Source of the DNA: Cylindrospermopsis raciborskii Cr2010
Lineage (GTDB): Bacteria > Cyanobacteriota > Cyanobacteriia > Cyanobacteriales > Nostocaceae
NCBI RefSeq assembly: GCF_003367075.2
Contig: NZ_CP065936.1
Coordinates: forward strand, 120,001 to 152,000
Direction: 5' to 3'
DNA: 32,000 nt
Under the pieces are notes generated by a model, which worked only from the letters and a program-made list of their open reading frames with translations, ran no database searches and was not told where the DNA came from. Position numbers and translations under genes: made by a program. Of this stretch, positions 26,926 to 32,000 are shown piece after piece; position 1 is the first letter of the stretch; the number at the start of each line of letters is the position of its first letter.

Positions 26926-27393
26926 ATGACAAATTTAGAAAAACAAATTCAATTACTGATTCAGAATGCGCCGAAAGATGGCATAACACCAAAACTTGTG
27001 GCGACCATCGCGCCAGTTTTAAGGGTGGCTGCGAAAAATCTTCGACACCCGCGATACTACATCCTTCAAAATTCTGAAGGATCTTGGGTTTCAACTACAC
27101 TGTGCAACAAAGCCAATCCAGAATTAGAAAAGCAGGTAATTTACGCCTTTCCTAGACTAAACGATGCTATTCGCTCTTCACACATAGAAATTAAACCCCA
27201 GGTAGTAGCTAAACCCATACCTATAATTGATATTTTATTTCAACTGTTGGCAATAACACCAGTAGATAGCATAGTTTTTATGGAAACCCCTGGAACTAAC
27301 ACCAACGCTGTGGAAGTAAGACGTGCAGATCTGGAAAATATGATTCAACAGACCCTACAGCAACACTTACCCCCCCCCACAAACATAGCCTGA
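26926..27393 (+). CDS. Hypothetical protein (155 aa) divergent from the hetZ-like gene.
   Basis: The ATG at 26926 is the first start that does not overlap hetZ. The sequence looks protein-like and is not low-complexity. I recognise no motif. Confidence 0.5.
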   Translation: MTNLEKQIQLLIQNAPKDGITPKLVATIAPVLRVAAKNLRHPRYYILQNSEGSWVSTTLCNKANPELEKQVIYAFPRLNDAIRSSHIEIKPQVVAKPIPIIDILFQLLAITPVDSIVFMETPGTNTNAVEVRRADLENMIQQTLQQHLPPPTNIA

Positions 27394-27481
27394 TGAATGG
27401 TAAAATTGAGAGCTGGGTAGGCAGCTCGCGGCCACCATAAGAACGGGGAATCCCAGTCTCCCAGCTAAAATCCAAACTTGC

Positions 27482-28453
27482 TTAGTATAGACGACTTAGT
27501 ACGTAATCCGTCATGTTAATTAATGCTTGCTTTGATTCAGAGGGTCCTAGGTCTGCAATATGTTGCTTTGCTAGATTGGCGTGGTGATTCGCTAATTCTC
27601 TAGCTCTGGGTATCCCTTGACTATCAGAAATCAACTTCACAGCTTGCTCTAAATCCCCCTCTTGAGCAAACTCTCTTTCAATTAGTACTTCCAGAGACGG
27701 TTGCTCCTCCAGGGCAAATAAAACCGGTGCAGTTAGATTACCACTTTTGAGATCCGATGCAGCTGGTTTACCCAAAGTATCCATAGAACCAGTGAAATCT
27801 AAAATATCATCTACTATTTGAAAGGCTAAACCTAAATCCTTACCGTAATTATATAGGTTGTTAGCACTTTCTGAAGATACGTTACTCAAAATTCCAGCGG
27901 CTTTAGCACTGTTGGCAATCAATGAAGCCGTTTTGTAATAACTCTTTTTTAGGTAAGTTTCTATCGACAGATTAGTATCAAAGCGATTTAGCCCTTGCTG
28001 AATCTCTCCAGCCGCTAAATCCATGATTACTTCTGAAAGCAGTTTCACTACCTCTAGGTTATCTAGATTGGCCAAGTACCAGGAAGATTGGGCAAATAGA
28101 AAATCTCCAGCTAACACTGCAATGCGATTGCCAAACAAACTATGAACTGTAGGCACTCCTCTACGTATATCTGATTCATCCACTACATCATCATGAACTA
28201 AACTGGCTGTATGAATCATCTCTGTAATTTCAGCCAATCGTCTGTGACCTAGGGAGATGTCTTCTTCTAGCGTTGTAGCCCGCGATATTAATAAAACAAT
28301 GGCTGGTCTGATACGCTTACCCCCAGCACCGAATAAATGTTCAGCTGCTGCATAGAGAATGGGGTGGCGATTTCCAACTAGCTGTGTCAGGTTATCTGCT
28401 AGTATTCGCAGGTCTGCTTCCACAGGGGTAAACAGGAAGGTGGCTGGGGTCAT
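27482..28453 (-). CDS. sds: All-trans polyprenyl-diphosphate synthase, most likely solanesyl-diphosphate synthase.
   Basis: First and second Asp-rich motifs LVHDDVVDESDIRRG and FQIVDDILDF. GKRIRPAIVLL. 323 aa, which is typical of the cyanobacterial plastoquinone-9 side-chain synthase. Confidence 0.8.
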   Translation of the reverse strand: MTPATFLFTPVEADLRILADNLTQLVGNRHPILYAAAEHLFGAGGKRIRPAIVLLISRATTLEEDISLGHRRLAEITEMIHTASLVHDDVVDESDIRRGVPTVHSLFGNRIAVLAGDFLFAQSSWYLANLDNLEVVKLLSEVIMDLAAGEIQQGLNRFDTNLSIETYLKKSYYKTASLIANSAKAAGILSNVSSESANNLYNYGKDLGLAFQIVDDILDFTGSMDTLGKPAASDLKSGNLTAPVLFALEEQPSLEVLIEREFAQEGDLEQAVKLISDSQGIPRARELANHHANLAKQHIADLGPSESKQALINMTDYVLSRLY

Positions 28454-29062
28454 GGATGGGCGGACTCTGACTTTAGTTACGAAAGTTTACATATTCTTTA
28501 CTCATTTTAAGATAAACCATCAAGGCCGCAAAGTTATCGGTTAATAGTTGACCACAATTGTTACTTTTCCTGGCTTTTTGTATCCCTGGTTACCATTTGC
28601 TTTTAGTTGTTTAAAGTTAAAACTCGATGAAATTAAACTTGGTTAACCATATTTTATCTCTTTTATTAGCTTAAAAACTTATATATCTGTGTAAAGTTGG
28701 TAAAAATTCAAACTAGACTTGCAAGTAGGGCTTGACGCAGGTGACTATGGTCATAACTGAAAAATAAACTCAAAATTTTGCACAAATTTTATTTCCTCAT
28801 GTTAGACTAAAATCTAGAAATTTTAAATTTTTGAGCTATTCACTTCCGAGAAGAAATTCCTCATCAGTAGGTAATTCTGCTCATGGCGTATGTGAGTACA
28901 AAATAAATTGTTGTCCGCGAAATCAGGAAGTTTATTCCGACAATTTTGATGTGGGAAAAATACTTTCCCACGTAGATAGTGTGGTTTCAGCTGGGCTAAT
29001 AGGCTCTGTAGTTAGTAACGGTTCTAACTTTATGTTTTTTTGGGGGTTGGGATGGTTTAAAA

Positions 29063-29242
29063 ATGAATTATGAGAATGTGCCTATGATGATATTTATTTT
29101 AGCTTCCGGATACTTGTTAATTGTCTATTTGTTGTTAGCTCTGGCTAAACGAAGCACCGGGAGTTTGTCTCGCACAGAAAGAGTTCCCGGACAACATCAA
29201 AAGCAAGCAAAGCTCGACAAAAAGGTTGCTGAACTTGGTTAA
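29063..29242 (+). CDS. Possible small single-pass membrane protein (59 aa; not in the supplied ORF track).
   Basis: MNYENVPMMIFILASGYLLIVYLLLALAKRSTGSLSRTERVPGQHQKQAKLDKKVAELG: one hydrophobic helix followed by a basic tail (positive-inside). No clear SD. The ORF has no support beyond being open. Confidence 0.3.
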   Translation: MNYENVPMMIFILASGYLLIVYLLLALAKRSTGSLSRTERVPGQHQKQAKLDKKVAELG

Positions 29243-29282
29243 TATTATAGTTGTAGCCAGAACACCTACTTAGTGGTTCTGA

Positions 29283-30056
<774 letters not shown>

Positions 30057-30122
30057 AATTCAGAAGATAGGGCCTGCGTCATAGCAAGCCCAAATTGAGT
30101 AATAGGATTCATGGATACCCAA

Positions 30123-31205
30123 TCAAGAGTTACTATGAACCCGTGGAATTAAAGTAGAGGACATAAATAAAACAATAGCGGATGCGGAAGCAAAAATTAC
30201 AGGTAAAGTCATAGCTTGTATAGACATAGCTAAAATATTAAAGAACAAGGTTAATGACCATAATATCAAGCTAGCGCGTCGTTGAGAAAAACCCCAAGCC
30301 AATAGACGATGATGTAAATGATCCTTACCAGGAGTACTGAGAGGGTTTTTTCCTGCTAGGAGGCGTTTAATAAAAACCTGGGTAGTATCTAAAACTGGCA
30401 ACATCAAAAACAAAACCGTTGGTATAAGAGAATAAATGGTACTTTCCTGTAATTTACCTAATATACTTGTAGCAGCTAGCACATAACCTAAAAAATAGGC
30501 TCCAGCATCACCCATAATAATGCGGGAGGGGTAAAAGTTGTGGCGTAAAAAGCCAAGAGCTGCCCCCGACAGTGCAGCCAATACCAGAGTTGCTGCGGCT
30601 CGATTATCAAACTGGGCAGAGACCCCCAACAAACTCATGGCAGTAATAAAACTAATGCCACCAGCTAAACCATCCATACCGTCCATGAGATTAACGGCAT
30701 TGGTAATGCCAACTATCCATAAAACAGTGAGAGCTGTAGACAAAAAGGAATCAATAGGAGTACCAAACATCACCTTGATACTCATACCATTAGCCACCAA
30801 TAACAGGGCAGTAATAATTTGTGTCCATAACCGAATAAATGGAGGCAGACCAAACTGGTCGTCTATAAACCCAACCAAAACAAGAATAGATCCACCCAAA
30901 AGAATTGTGAGAACCTGGGCTAAAACCCCCTGGAGTTCGATAGGTCGGAAAAGACTGGCAAAGACCACAGCAGCAATTACGCCGGCATAGATAGCCAGGC
31001 CTCCCGCATTGGGTAAAGGTTCCCGATTGAGTCGTCGGGCATTAGGTTGGTCAGCCCAACCGACCCGGAGGGCAAATTGACGAACAGTGGGAATTGAACC
31101 CCAGGTTATGAGCCAAGCCAAAATAAAAGTAAATACCACTGCTAACCAGCCGGTGCCACTAGGGTTAGCAATACCAAGAGCCTTAAGAGAGTTGTCTATA
31201 TTCAT
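30123..31205 (-). CDS. Glycosyltransferase family 4 polyprenyl-phosphate sugar-1-phosphate transferase (WecA/Rfe-like).
   Basis: About 10 TM helices. GFIDDQFGL, NAVNLMDGMDGLAGG, IIMGDAGAYFLGY, DHLHHRLL. Confidence 0.75.
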   Translation of the reverse strand: MNIDNSLKALGIANPSGTGWLAVVFTFILAWLITWGSIPTVRQFALRVGWADQPNARRLNREPLPNAGGLAIYAGVIAAVVFASLFRPIELQGVLAQVLTILLGGSILVLVGFIDDQFGLPPFIRLWTQIITALLLVANGMSIKVMFGTPIDSFLSTALTVLWIVGITNAVNLMDGMDGLAGGISFITAMSLLGVSAQFDNRAAATLVLAALSGAALGFLRHNFYPSRIIMGDAGAYFLGYVLAATSILGKLQESTIYSLIPTVLFLMLPVLDTTQVFIKRLLAGKNPLSTPGKDHLHHRLLAWGFSQRRASLILWSLTLFFNILAMSIQAMTLPVIFASASAIVLFMSSTLIPRVHSNS

Positions 31206-31375
31206 TTCCCCCCATAACCATAACCATTAGTTTGCCAGACCAGTACCAACTGTAATAGTATAGCCTTAGCCAAAACGCTCAGGACAAAGTTGATCGGTAA
31301 AAGTGAGTGCCAGATAGGCGTTCTGGCTTACCTCCCACAGCTGCACCCATTTTTGGTAACTATTTGCTAAATTGA

Positions 31376-32000
<625 letters not shown>

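Noticed and set aside
27410-27427. Inverted repeat GAGCTG-N6-CAGCTC and the nearby TCCCAG-TC-TCCCAG direct repeat, considered as a HetR or NtcA site about 500 bp upstream of hetZ.
   Set aside because: It does not resemble the HetR palindrome I remember from hetP (GAGGGG-N5-CCCCTC), and no GTA-N8-TAC NtcA site is present in 26907-27481. A 6-bp stem is too weak to call.
27440-27475. tRNA-like stem GGGGA-ATCCCAG-TCTCC.
   Set aside because: The loop does not match the TTCRANY T-loop, and no acceptor, D or anticodon arms can be drawn around it.
28831-29073. 80-aa ORF (TTG start) in the long intergenic region.
   Set aside because: It has a non-ATG start, no RBS and an odd composition (MSYSLPRRNSSSVGNSAHGVCEYKINCC...). 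It sits in AT-rich DNA where random ORFs of this size are plausible.
30123-31205. Whether this gene is MraY (the peptidoglycan translocase).
   Set aside because: It lacks the MraY-type motifs I remember (for example the TPTMGG block). It shows the WecA/WbpL-type pattern instead, so I called it a GT4 WecA-like transferase.

Overview
This 32 kb window looks like chromosomal DNA from a filamentous, probably heterocyst-forming (Nostocales-type) cyanobacterium. The evidence is at least 14 HIP1 octamers (GCGATCGC) counted by eye, a light-dependent protochlorophyllide reductase gene, a hetZ-patU-like pair, and a stand-alone groEL preceded by a perfect CIRCE operator. I found no rRNA, tRNA, CRISPR array or transposase.

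- **Left 11.7 kb:** three co-directional genes encode large secreted enzymes of the phosphate-scavenging type. They are an ExeM/NucH-like nuclease (5' end outside the window), a PhoX-like protein and a purple-acid-phosphatase-like metallophosphoesterase. Their catalytic parts are unrelated, but all three end in the same RTX-like C-terminal module. That module is nearly identical at the DNA level, including about 90 bp past the stop codon in two copies. This suggests gene conversion and a shared secretion or anchoring signal.
- **Middle:** mostly housekeeping genes (TPR lipoprotein, por, a pentapeptide-repeat membrane protein, an MDR oxidoreductase, pyrF, tyrS, a class A PBP, usp, pgk).
- **Most unusual locus (16240-17731, minus strand):** five tandem paralogous mini-genes of 86-115 aa, joined by 8-nt ATGAGTAA stop/start overlaps. 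They differ mainly in the copy number (2, 5, 2, 3, 6) of an in-frame 21-bp repeat that encodes a coiled-coil heptad. A decayed sixth copy sits at the distal end. I do not recognise this family, and it is my best candidate for an undescribed system.
- **Right:** hetZ/patU-like genes, solanesyl-diphosphate synthase, fabG, a WecA-like GT4 transferase and the start of groEL.

All functional calls rest on motifs read by eye. No database search was possible.
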